Origin: Octopus sinensis
Lineage: Eukaryota
DNA: 64,000 bases
Assembly (NCBI RefSeq): GCF_006345805.1
Contig: NC_043000.1
Span: forward strand, 50,716,001-50,780,000
Reading direction: 5' to 3'
In this document: piece by piece, positions 1 to 11,110 of the stretch
Layout of the letters: the number at the start of each line of letters is the position of its first letter
Position numbering within the stretch: the stretch's first letter is position 1
Made by a program: the position numbers and the translations under genes
The notes under the pieces: model-generated
The model's database searches: none
What the model was told of the DNA's origin: nothing
What the model saw: the letters and a program-made list of their open reading frames with translations, nothing else

Positions 1-415
1 TCTCCAATTTTGACTGTTTTTTTTTAAATCAGATTTCTCACATTACACATCTACAATGTCTTAACTCATGTAGTGTTTCCTATTTCAATAATGCAGCTGC
101 CCTATGAACCTGTATACCTACTTTACTGGTGTCTACTGACATCAGTTTTGAGCAAAAAAAAAATCAAAAAAGTGATTTTAAATAAAATTTTTAATGGGAT
201 TATAAAACTTGGGTTCTTCCCCACCTTTTACTGGCAACTAAAGAAAGATATAATAATGTAGCCACATATAAATGTGTGAGTTTTGTGAGTGTGATCTGTC
301 TATTATGATTGTCCATTACATAAACATTAGCATTCATTAACTTTTTGTTCCTGTTGCATACTAAGATGTGTATGAACATCCATTTATATTCATATGTTTA
401 ATTTACTAACATATA

Positions 416-827
416 GGCGCAGGAGTAGCTGTGTGGTAAGTAGCTTGCATACGAGCCACATGGTTCTGGGTTCAGTCCCACTGCGTGGCACCTTGGGCAA
501 GTGTCTTCTACTATAGCCTTGGGCCAACCAAAGCCTTGTGAGTGGATTTAGTAGATGGTAACTGAAAGAAGCCCGTCGTATATATGTATATATATGTGTG
601 TATGTGTGTGTATATGGTTGTGTGTCTGTGTTTGTCCCCTAACATCGCTTGACAATCGATGCTGGTGTGTTCACGTCCCCGTAACTTAGCGGTTTGGCAA
701 AAGAGACCGATAGAATAAGTACTAGGCTTACAAAGAATAAGTCCTGGGGTCGATTTCTTCGACTAAAGGCGATGCTCCAGCATGGCTGCACTCAAATGAC
801 TGAAACAAGTAAAAGAGTAAAGAGAAT
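416..827 (+). mobile_element. Full-length tRNA-derived CORE-type SINE (family A) with internal (TA)/(TG) microsatellite
   Basis: tRNA-like head (ggttcagtccc B-box-like), CORE-like caccttgggcaagtgtc, internal microsatellite, 3' tail gactgaaacaagtaaaagagta; more than 10 further copies in the window. Confidence 0.85.
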
Positions 828-1004
828 ACGTATTGATATATTAATGATGATAAGGAACTTATGGTAAATGGAAGCTACTTTTTAAGATACTCTACTACAT
901 GCTATAAAGGTTTTTTTTCTTGTGTAGAATTTAAATATATATTATTCATTCACTTAGTTGGTTTCAGTTTTTCATTTGAATCAGTAATTTATTCGACAAA
1001 TATT

Positions 1005-1240
1005 TATATGATTGCTAGATCGTAGGTTCAATTCCCTGATTGGGTAGCACATTGTGTTCTTGAGCAAAACACTTCGTTTTACATCACTGCACTTCCCCTT
1101 CAATCAGCGAGGACTGGTGGCCTGCTCACTTAGCCAGCAGAGTGGCATCATTTGAAGGCTAAAACAATGCAAAGCTCATTGTGACCAGTGATGTGTAACA
1201 GCATCTGATAACCTGGTACGTCATGTGATCATGTGATTAG
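1005..1240 (+). mobile_element. tRNA/CORE-like SINE, family D
   Basis: B-box ggttcaattcc (1025-1035), tgtgttcttgagcaaaacactt core; related reverse copies at about 5071-5340 and 58440-58690. Confidence 0.65.
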
Positions 1241-1844
1241 GAATATGCTTCTTTTATGTGTATATATTTAGTGAAAGTAGAAAATATACTATTATATACA
1301 CACATGGAAAGTAAAATTCAAATATCTTCATATCTGACTAAAATTAATATTTTCTCTTATGACAAAAATTTTAACTGTACTTCAAAAGTTGTTTTCAAAT
1401 AGATGTGGGATGTGTATGAAATTCTTTCAAGAATCTTAAGTTTGTATAAATATTAACATTCTTTCATTTAATTTTTTTTCTGAGATAAAAGATCTTGTTT
1501 TCGTAACATAATTATGGTTTTAGAGAATGATTGATCTCTGTTGATATCCTTAAAATCACTTATTGCCTCGCAGCTGCTATTGGTAATATAATCAATAGTG
1601 CAAGTTATTTATTTGGTATATATAATTCACGTCACTCTTGGTAATTAGGTCATTTTTATTTATTTTCATTGAGCTATTTATCAGTATCTAAGTTGAGGAA
1701 AAATCACTTCAAAATAAAATATTTTCCCTCTAAAATAAAGAATATTTATTATTCTAATATTGTATCCTAACAGGTGCATGAAAATATGATTCGTTGAAAT
1801 AGTATGAAAATATTTTTAGGATGTTTAAATTTGAACTGTTCAAA

Positions 1845-2425
1845 CCATGAGTCTGAATTGGATGCTAGAATTGCAGGTGCTAGAATTGGATGCAAGAATT
1901 GCAGATGCTAGAATTGCAGAAGAGGAGAGATTAGTTAGAAGGCCAAACTCATCACTTCAGTTTTTGTACCTATCCTCACTTATGGTCATGAACGTTGGAT
2001 AATGATCAAAAGCATGTGATTGTGAATACAAGTGGTCAAAATAGGGTTCCTTCAAAGAATTTTTGGTGTAACATTACTTGACAGGGTGCATAGCTTTGAG
2101 AATGGGAAGTCTCTGAAGGTTGGGCCTCTACTTCTGCTCATTGAGAGCTCATAGCACATGTATGCTGGACATGTTATTAGAATGTCACAGGAAAGAATGA
2201 CAGGATGGATTCAAGCCAAGCCAAGCCAAGACAAGCAGCTGGAGACTTAAGGGTTGGATAAAACCCATAGTTTCAGTAAAGTCATGCTTGGGAATCCAGC
2301 TGGAAAAGCTAATGATGGTTGCTTCTGAGAGGACCCTATGGAGGAGGTGCTTGAGCACTCTGCCCTCATGACCCTCACAGGAATAATGGGTGGAGAAGAT
2401 GAATGGCTGATTGGCTGGATAGATA
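1845..2425 (+). mobile_element. 5'-truncated degenerate RTE-clade LINE, Rex3/Expander-like
   Basis: From 1939 translates KAKLITSVFVPILTYGHERWIMIKSM*L*IQVVKIGFLQRIFGVTLLDRVHS...GHVIRM; later LWRRCLSTLP and a gaagatgaatggctgattggctggatagat tail resembling the Rex3 3' end. Confidence 0.8.
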
Positions 2426-2464
2426 TTACAGAAAGAAAAATAATCAAGTTCACAAAGAATATAC

Positions 2465-2496
<32 letters not shown>

Positions 2497-3407
2497 TACT
2501 ATTTGCTGATTTTTATTATACTGATTAGTTAACTAAAAGACTTAACAAATAACTTAATAACCTATGTAGTGAATTCATGGAAGATATCTGATTGTATTTA
2601 TTACTAATTCAAAGGTAATGATATTAAAGGCTCATTGGTCAGTTAAAGTAACTACTACCTAGTTTACTTGATACTTCAAAAACAAAAAAAGCATTTCTGT
2701 GTCTTATAACGATGTAAATGTATCATTCATATTGCGTTTCTGGTACTATTGCTAGACTTATTAAATATCTTTTGAAAATATGAGGTTGTTTTTATTACTG
2801 TTCATCTAATGAAGCTTGACTACTCTCAATTTATATTTATACAACCGTATTCATTCACTACTATGCAGCTGCCTGCCTTCATTTAATATCAGCTTTTCGA
2901 TCATTGTTTAAAAGTCTAAGCCACTACTTTATTATTGCTTTTATTTTGTATTTTCTCATATTATTTCCTTTTTTATTCTTTTAACGTTTCCGCTTCTTAA
3001 TGTTTATTGGTATGAAGATTGGTGATTTTCAAATGTGGACAGTAGTATGACATTTCCTATCAGGACATTTACAAAACATTTTGGTTCATCACATATTGTC
3101 AAGAAGAGAGGAGAAAGAATGGCTATAAAAACCATCATAAATCATAGATCCAATACATTGAATTATATCAGTTCAAATAAAGTATAATACACATTTATTT
3201 ATGGACAATTCATTAAAGGAGATGCATTTCAAATTACAAAGCTTAAGAATGTTTGTGAAACCAACTGCTATATCTAGAAAGACTGTTGAATACACAAATG
3301 TAATTTATAAGGAATACATTATAAATTTATAAGGCATATTATTTTAATGACACGCTATTTATGGTAATAGAACTAGGTTTTGCATTTGAAGTTGATACAG
3401 AATAAAG

Positions 3408-3883
3408 AAGTGGTTCTCAACCAGGGTCCAGAAGACCCTTGAGTAATCATAGAAGATTTTGTTGTTAAAATTTATGTGCAATAAATTTGTTATACTTCTG
3501 CAACACACAAAATTATTAAAATTTTTTTTTATACAATTCTGCATAATATTTAAGTATAAAGATATAATATGATTTAGTACAGAGAGATAACAGGGTGACG
3601 CCATAGTAGGATGGTGAGAAAGGGTGCTATGCAAAGAGAAGTAAAGCTGAGCTAGGAGGAAAGAATGAACAGGTAGAAGAAGGTGATACTTGGGGGATTA
3701 GCAATTTATCGATGGGGAAACCAAAGGCTAAGATTGAAAGAAGGTAGAATTGAGCAACGAATAGAAAAATTAAGAGATATCTTTTATAATATGATTTGTT
3801 TAAACTTTGAACAGTTATGAGAGTCCACTTGAGTGAACTAGGAATCAAAGGGGTCTATAGGCAAAAATGGTTGAGAAAGGGGA
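3408..3883 (+). mobile_element. hAT (Charlie-like) non-autonomous element
   Basis: Termini agtggttctcaacc ... ggttgagaa; subterminal sequences shared, in opposite orientation, with the element at 36860-37249. Confidence 0.6.
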
Positions 3884-4160
3884 GAGTTTATAGCTTTTCT
3901 TCTATCTTTTGTTTGTCATACTTTGAAGAAAATTGATAATTATTTTAAGTAAGAATTTACTAACATTTTTGATTTATAGTGTTATCAAGTGTAAGTATCA
4001 ATTTAGGAGGAGACTCATATCATGTAGATTATTTGATTGTTTATCAAATATTTTCACAATTTTAACAGAACCTTTTTTTATATATATTCACATGTTTTAT
4101 ATTTCATGTGTTATTGTATTAGAAAATTAAAGGCAGAAATAGTTTTGATAGTAACTGAGG

Positions 4161-4270
4161 CTGTATTTACTGTGAGATATGTTAGGTAAACCAAGCGAAA
4201 GCAATTACAGTTTATTATAAATGGCTTATAAACACCTTCCACGCTAGAATTACAACTGTTTTCTTGATAG
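4161..4270 (+). repeat. Degenerate Penelope-like terminal repeat with decayed hammerhead-like motif
   Basis: ctgta...CTG-TGAG...C GAA AGC...tacag geometry; downstream taaatggcttataaacaccttcca matches the outer arm of the 5410-5660 palindrome. Confidence 0.4.
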
Positions 4271-4989
4271 AGAATAAATTATTAATGAATATACATCAAC
4301 ATGGGAATAGATTGAATGTCATCACATTAAAATCAAAAATAGCATAAGAAACTACTATGTTGAATATTCATGTTACAAATTACTGGCAGTATCAGATATT
4401 TTGATGGTTGGTGTATGCATGTATACTGCATATACATGCTACAACAATTTGAATTACTGTTCTGTTGATATTTGTATTGTTGTTACACAATTGCAAGTTG
4501 TTCAGCTTCCACAGAGCTGGTTAAGACTGTTTAAGAGATAGTTAATCATGTTCAACCTAATAATGTGATGACAGGGGTAAGTGACATACTCAAAATACAC
4601 ACCTTAGGAGTGACATTGTTCATAACCATTTATCATTTAACTATTGTTGTAAATGCAAGCTCAAACACAAGCACACACACACTTGTATGTATGCACATGC
4701 ATGCTGTTTGTAATATGATAGATCTTTGCTAAAAATATGTGTGTACATGTGGATATTGTATGTAAGTGTTTAGAATAACAGGCAGGCATATCCACACATA
4801 CAAACACACACAAACACACACACATGCAGGCATGCACATGCGAGTGAGTGAAGAAATGAAGAAATGTAGATATTTGGTTGAGAGTTACTGCAAGTTGTGA
4901 GTATCTAAGTCAAATTTTTAAAATCTGTAACTCTAAACCAAATGTATTGAGTACTACTTTCTTTCATTTGTTCACTTACTCGTGTGCGA

Positions 4990-5041
<52 letters not shown>

Positions 5042-5070
5042 ACAATATCACAGTATTGAGTAGAAAATTA

Positions 5071-5336
5071 GATGTTATACATCACTGGTCACAATGTACT
5101 TTAGATGTTTTTAGCTTTGAAATGATGCCATCTTGCTGACTAGAAGAGCAGCACAAATCTCATCTTATTGGGAGGATATTCATTCACAGGGTTACCTATT
5201 TACAACTGAAGGAGCTGGAGCAACATGAAATGAAGTGTTTGGCTCAAGAACATAAAGCACTGCTTGTTCTAGGAATCAAACCCATGTTCTAGCAATTATG
5301 AGTGCAATACCATAATCACTAGGCTATGTACCTTCA

Positions 5337-5340
<4 letters not shown>
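5071..5340 (-). mobile_element. SINE family D, reverse copy
   Basis: Reverse-complement similarity to 1005-1240 (catcactggtcacaatg, aatgatgcca, aagtgtttggctcaagaaca, ggaatcaaaccc). Confidence 0.65.
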
Positions 5341-5386
<46 letters not shown>

Positions 5387-5490
5387 TCGTGTTCTGAAAC
5401 AAAACCATTTCAACATGGGAGGTGTTTCTAAGCCATTTAAAAACACACAAAAAACCGTTAGATTCACTTCAACATTTAAATTTATTTTGT

Positions 5491-5536
5491 ATCAAAATAT
5501 TTTCATTGCTTTGAAACTGCGACCTGTTCACTGACA
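5491..5536 (-). ncRNA. Type-I hammerhead-ribozyme-like motif, G3:C8 core variant (mirror copy)
   Basis: Minus strand: TGTCA, core GUGAACA, helix II GTCGC/GCAAT, GAA, AATATT, U, TGATA. Confidence 0.55.
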
Positions 5537-5559
5537 AAACTTCATGCAACATGAAGTTT

Positions 5560-5606
5560 TGTCAGTGAGCAGGTTGTGATTTCAAAGCGCTGAAAATATT
5601 TTGACA
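5560..5606 (+). ncRNA. Type-I hammerhead-ribozyme-like motif, G3:C8 core variant
   Basis: Helix I TGTCA/TGACA, core GUGAGCA, decayed helix II GTTGT/GCGCT, GAA, palindromic helix III AATATT, H17=U. Confidence 0.55.
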
Positions 5607-6357
5607 CAAATTTTTTCCATGTGTTTTTAAATGGCACATAAACACCTTCCATACTGAAATTGTGTTTGTGTGTGTGTGTGTATATATATGTATATAAATT
5701 TGACAAGTGATTCTTTCTTGTCTTGGGATTCATGGTCAAATGGCTGGGTGGAATTGCGCTAAAAATTACACAGATGTGTAGAATGATCTGGTGGTGATGC
5801 TAAGCTTTGTATTTTTTCGTAGCTCCCATGATTACCGAGATAATCTACTATGATTATACTCTTGTGTTTATGAATGAGAAAGGAAGGGGTTATAGATAAA
5901 TAAGGAAGGAAGGAGTGATGTTATACTTGGTAGTGGAATGATGAAAATTATATGCTGAAAAAATAAATCAAACAGCGTTTCAACTCTGTGAATATATGTG
6001 TTTGCATGTGTTTGTGTGTGAATATGTATGTATGTTTGTGTGTGTATGTGTGTGCGTGTGCATGTGCAATTGAAATGGGATGGTTTATCTTTGTTCGCTT
6101 AGTATTTGGGTTTATTTTTTGATTTGTTTGAATCTTTGTTGGGTTTTTTTTGTGGGTCAGTTATTTTTAGCGTTTTGACAGAAAAAAGTCATTCTAAAAT
6201 TGTTTTTTAGTGTAAGCATACCCAAACAAGTTGAATGCTTACACAGAGTATGTTTTGCAGCCACATCATCCAAACTGACCAGGTGAAACCGGGTTTAGCT
6301 GCTATATTATTGTAATTCATGATACTCATTGTTTTTTGACCAAATACAAATTGGTAA

Positions 6358-6429
<72 letters not shown>

Positions 6430-6435
<6 letters not shown>

Positions 6436-6590
6436 GCTTCTTTCAGTTTCTGTTTACCATATCTACTCACGAAACTTTGGTCAGCAAGGGGCTATAGTAG
6501 AAGACACCCAAGTTGCCACAAAGTAAGACTGAACCTGAGACCATGTGGTTTGGAAACAAACTTTCAAATCATAGAACCACACTTGCACCA
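6430..6590 (-). mobile_element. Family A CORE-SINE, 5' half
   Basis: Reverse complement of head plus CORE, ending at the microsatellite (gatgggcttctttcag). Confidence 0.75.
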
Positions 6591-6615
6591 CTTAATATGT
6601 AAATATGTGTGTGTG

Positions 6616-6820
6616 TGTGGCTCTGTGGTAAGAAGCTTGCTTCCCAACCACATGGTTCCAGGTTCAGTCCTATTGTGTGATACACTGGATGTCTCCTAGC
6701 ATAGCCTTGGGTTGACCAAATCTTTGTGAGTGGATTTGGTAGGCAGAAGCTGAAAGAAGCTTATCATATATATATATATATGGCCACAGTCTAATGAATG
6801 AAAGAAGTAAAAGAGGTAAT
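6616..6820 (+). mobile_element. Family A CORE-SINE with internal deletion
   Basis: Head, CORE, (TA)n, then only the last part of the tail. Confidence 0.75.
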
Positions 6821-7260
6821 ATGTGTGTGTGTGTCCCCGAAAAATACCTGTTAGTAATTATTTAGCAATTTGCAGGAATAGCAAAATGAAAATATTTCAT
6901 TTTGATAAATGTTCTTGAGATGATCCATAATAGCAGAAAGAAATAGGAAATCATTTATAAGCAAATTTTCTTTGAAAGTGAATGCATACCTGCTTCACTT
7001 AAAGAGAAACAAATAATAACGTTTCTTGGCAATAACTTTACAAAGTCCCAAGATGGATGAAAATGCTAGATTTAATCAATAAACTCAGTTCTGTTTTATA
7101 TTTTTATTTTCACTGACAGTGAACTTTTATTAATAAACATTTTCTTTTGACAGTAATCTCTTATTAATTTATTAATATATATTATTCTGCTCACTTCTGA
7201 AGGCTTCTTATATCTTGTGTGTATGTATCGTCATATCTCTCTCTCTCTCTCTCTCTCTCT

Positions 7261-7311
<51 letters not shown>

Positions 7312-7316
7312 TTTAT

Positions 7317-7350
<34 letters not shown>

Positions 7351-8087
7351 AACTTTGTACACATGTATGATGTCATACATGGATATGTTGGTGAAAAGAC
7401 GTGTACATTCCAAATGGCTTTAGTTTATCAAGAGTGAACAACTTTTAAGTGTAAGTTCCTTTCCAATACATGCCGTCCATATATTTGGATTCTAAGATTG
7501 TTATAAATATAGCTGAGATGAAACAGATTTCTTTTATATATTTCTGGTAATTCATTATATACAAATATAAGAATACTGCTTTTTTTAAATTTTCTAATTT
7601 ATACCTTTTGCATATCAGCAATTATTTTTATTTTGCTTATTGAGGTTCTTTAAATTAGGAAATTGAGGACAAATGGTCTCTAACATTTTTTTTTTCTTTT
7701 AGAGAACTGCTTACTAGATTTGACAGTTATTTTTGATTATTATCGATTTATCCTCTTTCTAATCAGCTAATTGTTCCGTTCATTCTGTTTTTCAATTATA
7801 CTTTTTTGTCATTCCTTCAGTTTGTGAAATAGTCTTCATTCTATCTGTGTGTTCTTAAATGCATAAAGCTGAAGTTCACAGCCAATGAATATGCATTCTA
7901 TTGTCAGAAAGACATGAAAATCATACAGATAAATATTATCTGTAACAGAGGTGTACTAATTATGATGGAAAGTATGGTTTTCTTGCTGGGTATACCACTT
8001 CTGTTGCTTGAGTATTGACACTACTCTACTTCTTCTTCCCCTCCACTTTCTTCTTCTTCCTCCTCCTTCTTCTCCTCCTCCTCCTTC

Positions 8088-8196
8088 TAAAAGGTAAAGT
8101 CAACCCTAATGGAATTTGAACTCAGCCCATAAAAGTGGTTGAAATGCTACCAAGCATTTTACCTGGCATGCTAACAATTCTGCTTGCTCACTACCT
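8088..8196 (-). mobile_element. Nin/Deu-domain SINE fragment
   Basis: aaaggtaaagtcaacc...gaatttgaactcag...ctgcttgctcactacctt is the reverse of the family head. Confidence 0.65.
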
Positions 8197-8261
8197 TAAC
8201 AACAACAACAACAACAACTTTTATTTTGTTATTCTTTTTGTATACTGTTCTTTTATTTATT

Positions 8262-8454
8262 TTTTACTTGCTTCAGTCATTTGACTGAGGCCATGCTGGA
8301 GCACTGCCTTAAAGTGTGTTAGTCAAAGAAATCAACCCCCAGGACTTATTCTTTGTAAGCCTAGTACTTATTCTATCGGTCTCTTTTGCTTCACCAGCAT
8401 TGGTTGTCAAGTGATGGTGGAGAACAAGCACAGACACACAACACAAATATTGTC

Positions 8455-8494
<40 letters not shown>

Positions 8495-8500
8495 CAGGCT
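8262..8500 (-). mobile_element. Family A CORE-SINE, 3' half
   Basis: cttcagtcatttgactgaggccatgctggagcac ... gtacttattctatcggtctcttttgc. Confidence 0.75.
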
Positions 8501-8504
8501 TCTT

Positions 8505-8700
8505 AGTACACCACGTCAAATGCTTTGTGGCATTTTGTCCATCTTCATGTTCTGAGTTCAAATTCCAACAAGGTTGACTTTGGTTTTCATTCTTTCGGGG
8601 TCGATAAAATAAGTATCAGTTGAACACTGGGATCATTGTAATCAACTGTACCCCTCCCATCATATATCAGGCCCTTGTGCCTACAGTTGAAAAGATCATC
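8505..8700 (+). mobile_element. Nin/Deu-domain SINE
   Basis: gttctgagttcaaattcc...ggttgactttggttttcattctttcggggtcgataaaataagtatcag. Confidence 0.75.
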
Positions 8701-9344
8701 ATCATCACCACTGCCACCGCCGCCTGCATCTGTCTATCTATCTGTTTGTCTGTGTGTTTGTATATCTATCTATTTGTCTGTCTATATCCATCCATCTACA
8801 TGTGCATATACATGTATGTTTATGTATGCACATGCATGCATGCACATTGATAGATGTATACATCTATATTTTAATAGCTACAAGTAAAACTGAATAGTAT
8901 TATTTGAAGATGATACCTAACAATACCTAGCAGAATCATTTTCATGACCTTTAGCCCTTGATTCAACAACTTTAGTCATCAGTAGTTGCATTGTATAGGG
9001 CATGAACTTTGCCCTAGAAATAATTTTCCATATAGGTTAAGTTTAATGAACTACTTAAAAAATTCATTTATATTCAATGGTGGTGCCCCAGCAAATGACG
9101 GTGCCCCAGCATGGCCACAGCTCGTGAGCTGAAACTAGAATCAATCAATCAATCAATCCCAGACTAAGTATTTTTAGTTATATTAACTTTGTTTTAGGAA
9201 TATTACTAAAGTTTTTCATGTTATAAAATGGCTTTCACAAATTACTGAAAAAAATTTAAATATCAATTTTTTTTTTTGTTGGGAAATCTTAAAGGTTCTC
9301 ATTTCTTTTAAATGACTGTAATTTGATATAATGCATCACTTATA

Positions 9345-9700
9345 TATTTCTTAAATCAGTTTCATCATAGTTTCCAGTTTTTTATGGCTTATCTTCATCA
9401 GCACAGTGTCTTGTTTCATTCTTTTGATATCCCCTTCATGAAGTTTGGGCTCTTGCAACGAGCTCCCATCATTTCTTATATCTTTCTTAGTTTTCTTCTG
9501 CTGCAGGTTTCTCCCACTTGACTTATTTGGCACTTCTTGACTCATTTGTCATCCTCCATATGTGTTATATATCTGTCCCAGCTCACTTTCACTCTACTTG
9601 ATATTCTATCTTATTTCTCTCATACCCAGTTTTTCTTTCAGGGCATTTGGATAATGTTTGTATTTTCAACATCCCTTTTGAAGTTGCCTGCATGAACCTA
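9345..9700 (-). mobile_element. Degenerate RTE LINE 3' fragment
   Basis: Decayed LKEKLGMREIR...HMEDDK*VKKCQ...GETCSRRKLRK, matching the RTE C-terminal LREKLG/RWYGH/GRGRPRKTW pattern. Confidence 0.6.
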
Positions 9701-10721
9701 ACATAAAGAAACTAATATTCACTGCAGATTGAAACATAGAATCAAGGTCTGCTTCTTTGTAGGTAGCTATATACCTAAAAATTTAAAAGTAATATATGGA
9801 AAGAATATTAGATGAGCTTATTCGAAATATTTGTGGACAAAAGCAGTTGTATGCATTAGGTTAGAGATAGACACATTAATTATATGTAGTTGGCAAGGCA
9901 ACCTGTTTATTCCCACATGGCTTGTGTTATATCATGTCGTTTGTGTACAACATTTGTGCATAACGTTTTGGTGAGAAAATCTTATATTTTTTTTATTGAT
10001 CCAATAATATTTTTTCTCTTCAGAAAATGGTTGATTTATTTCCTGTGAGTTTAATAATTTTTCAGAATGAAAATTATCTTCTAAATAAGATTGTCCAAAA
10101 CTGTTAGCATTTATATCAATGCCAACATTATAAGAGGCAAATCATATTTATTATTTTCTGTTAAATATTTCTAAAATAGATTCTTTAGAATAGCAGTTAC
10201 ATAAGTATCAGAATGATTACATGTTCAACTATTATCACTATAAATGTAAGTTGGAATAAGATCAGAAATATGACAAATACCTTTCAGAAGGCTGTCATAT
10301 TTTTAAAGCAGATGTTAAAAGTAGTGATACTGTAACAGTATCAGATATATATATATGAATGTATGAATAAGAAAAAATTTCAGATTAGAATTTGTGACAT
10401 ATATGAGTATATACTTATTACAATCTTGTAATATTCATTGTTGTAATATGAGAGATAATGAACTTGTGATGGTTAAGATAAATATACTTTACGTCCTAGT
10501 TTCTTATTTGCAGATACAGTTATGCACATGAAAGAAAATATTTTTTATTTCTAAATGCCTCCAGCTTACATATGTAAGAATATATTTTATGAATATATGT
10601 CTACACATCTGATTTATTATTAATTAGATAATAATTTTTGAAACAATTAACTTCAGGTTTAGTGGGTGAAGCTTTTTTAATAGTTACATTTATTCTATGA
10701 AACCGGTGCTACTTAGTAGTG

Positions 10722-11110
10722 AGACATGGGCCTTAAATACTGAGGGCATGCAGAAGATTAGAAAGAAATTATCCTAGTATATTCTAATAGATGTGCAAAG
10801 TCAGTGTGCATGTATGATGAAGTGCAAATATTTGAGGGAGAAAATGGGAATAAGGTGAATCAGATGTAGTGTGCAGGAGAGAAACCTGCACTAGTATTGT
10901 CATGGGAACCATATTGATGCCAGAAGCTGTGTAATGAAGTGTCGATTGTTTAAAGTGGATAGATTTTCTGGAAGAAGGCGATGCAAGATAATATGAGACG
11001 TAGTAATGAGGGCAGATATCAAGATGCTGGTCCTCATTATGGAGATGAAAAAGGACTGGTATGATTTATGTTTCATTGTGCTTGATAGGGCCTGTCCATC
11101 ATGGCAAAAA
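10722..11110 (+). mobile_element. Degenerate RTE LINE 3' fragment
   Basis: WALNTEGMQ...LREKMGIR*IRCSVQERNLH*YCH...SCVMKCRLFKVD...DVVMRADIKML. Confidence 0.65.

Larger units (their letters stand above)
5410..5660. repeat. ~250-bp imperfect palindrome (probable inverted Penelope-like terminal repeats)
   Basis: Inner arms 5488-5546 / 5550-5609 (8 mismatches in about 60 bp, 3-nt loop); outer arms about 5416-5454 / 5611-5651. Confidence 0.85.

Noticed and set aside
416-500. tRNA genes at SINE heads
   Set aside because: Only A/B-box remnants without a complete cloverleaf, continuous with SINE bodies
10024-10044. Plus-strand 21-nt microexon candidate (ttcag|AAAATGGTTGATTTATTTCCT|gtgagt)
   Set aside because: Good signals, but similar candidates occur on both strands (about 23800-23887, 32327-32360, 36360-36450, 54482-54490). 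Short open frames arise often by chance and no coherent protein emerges.
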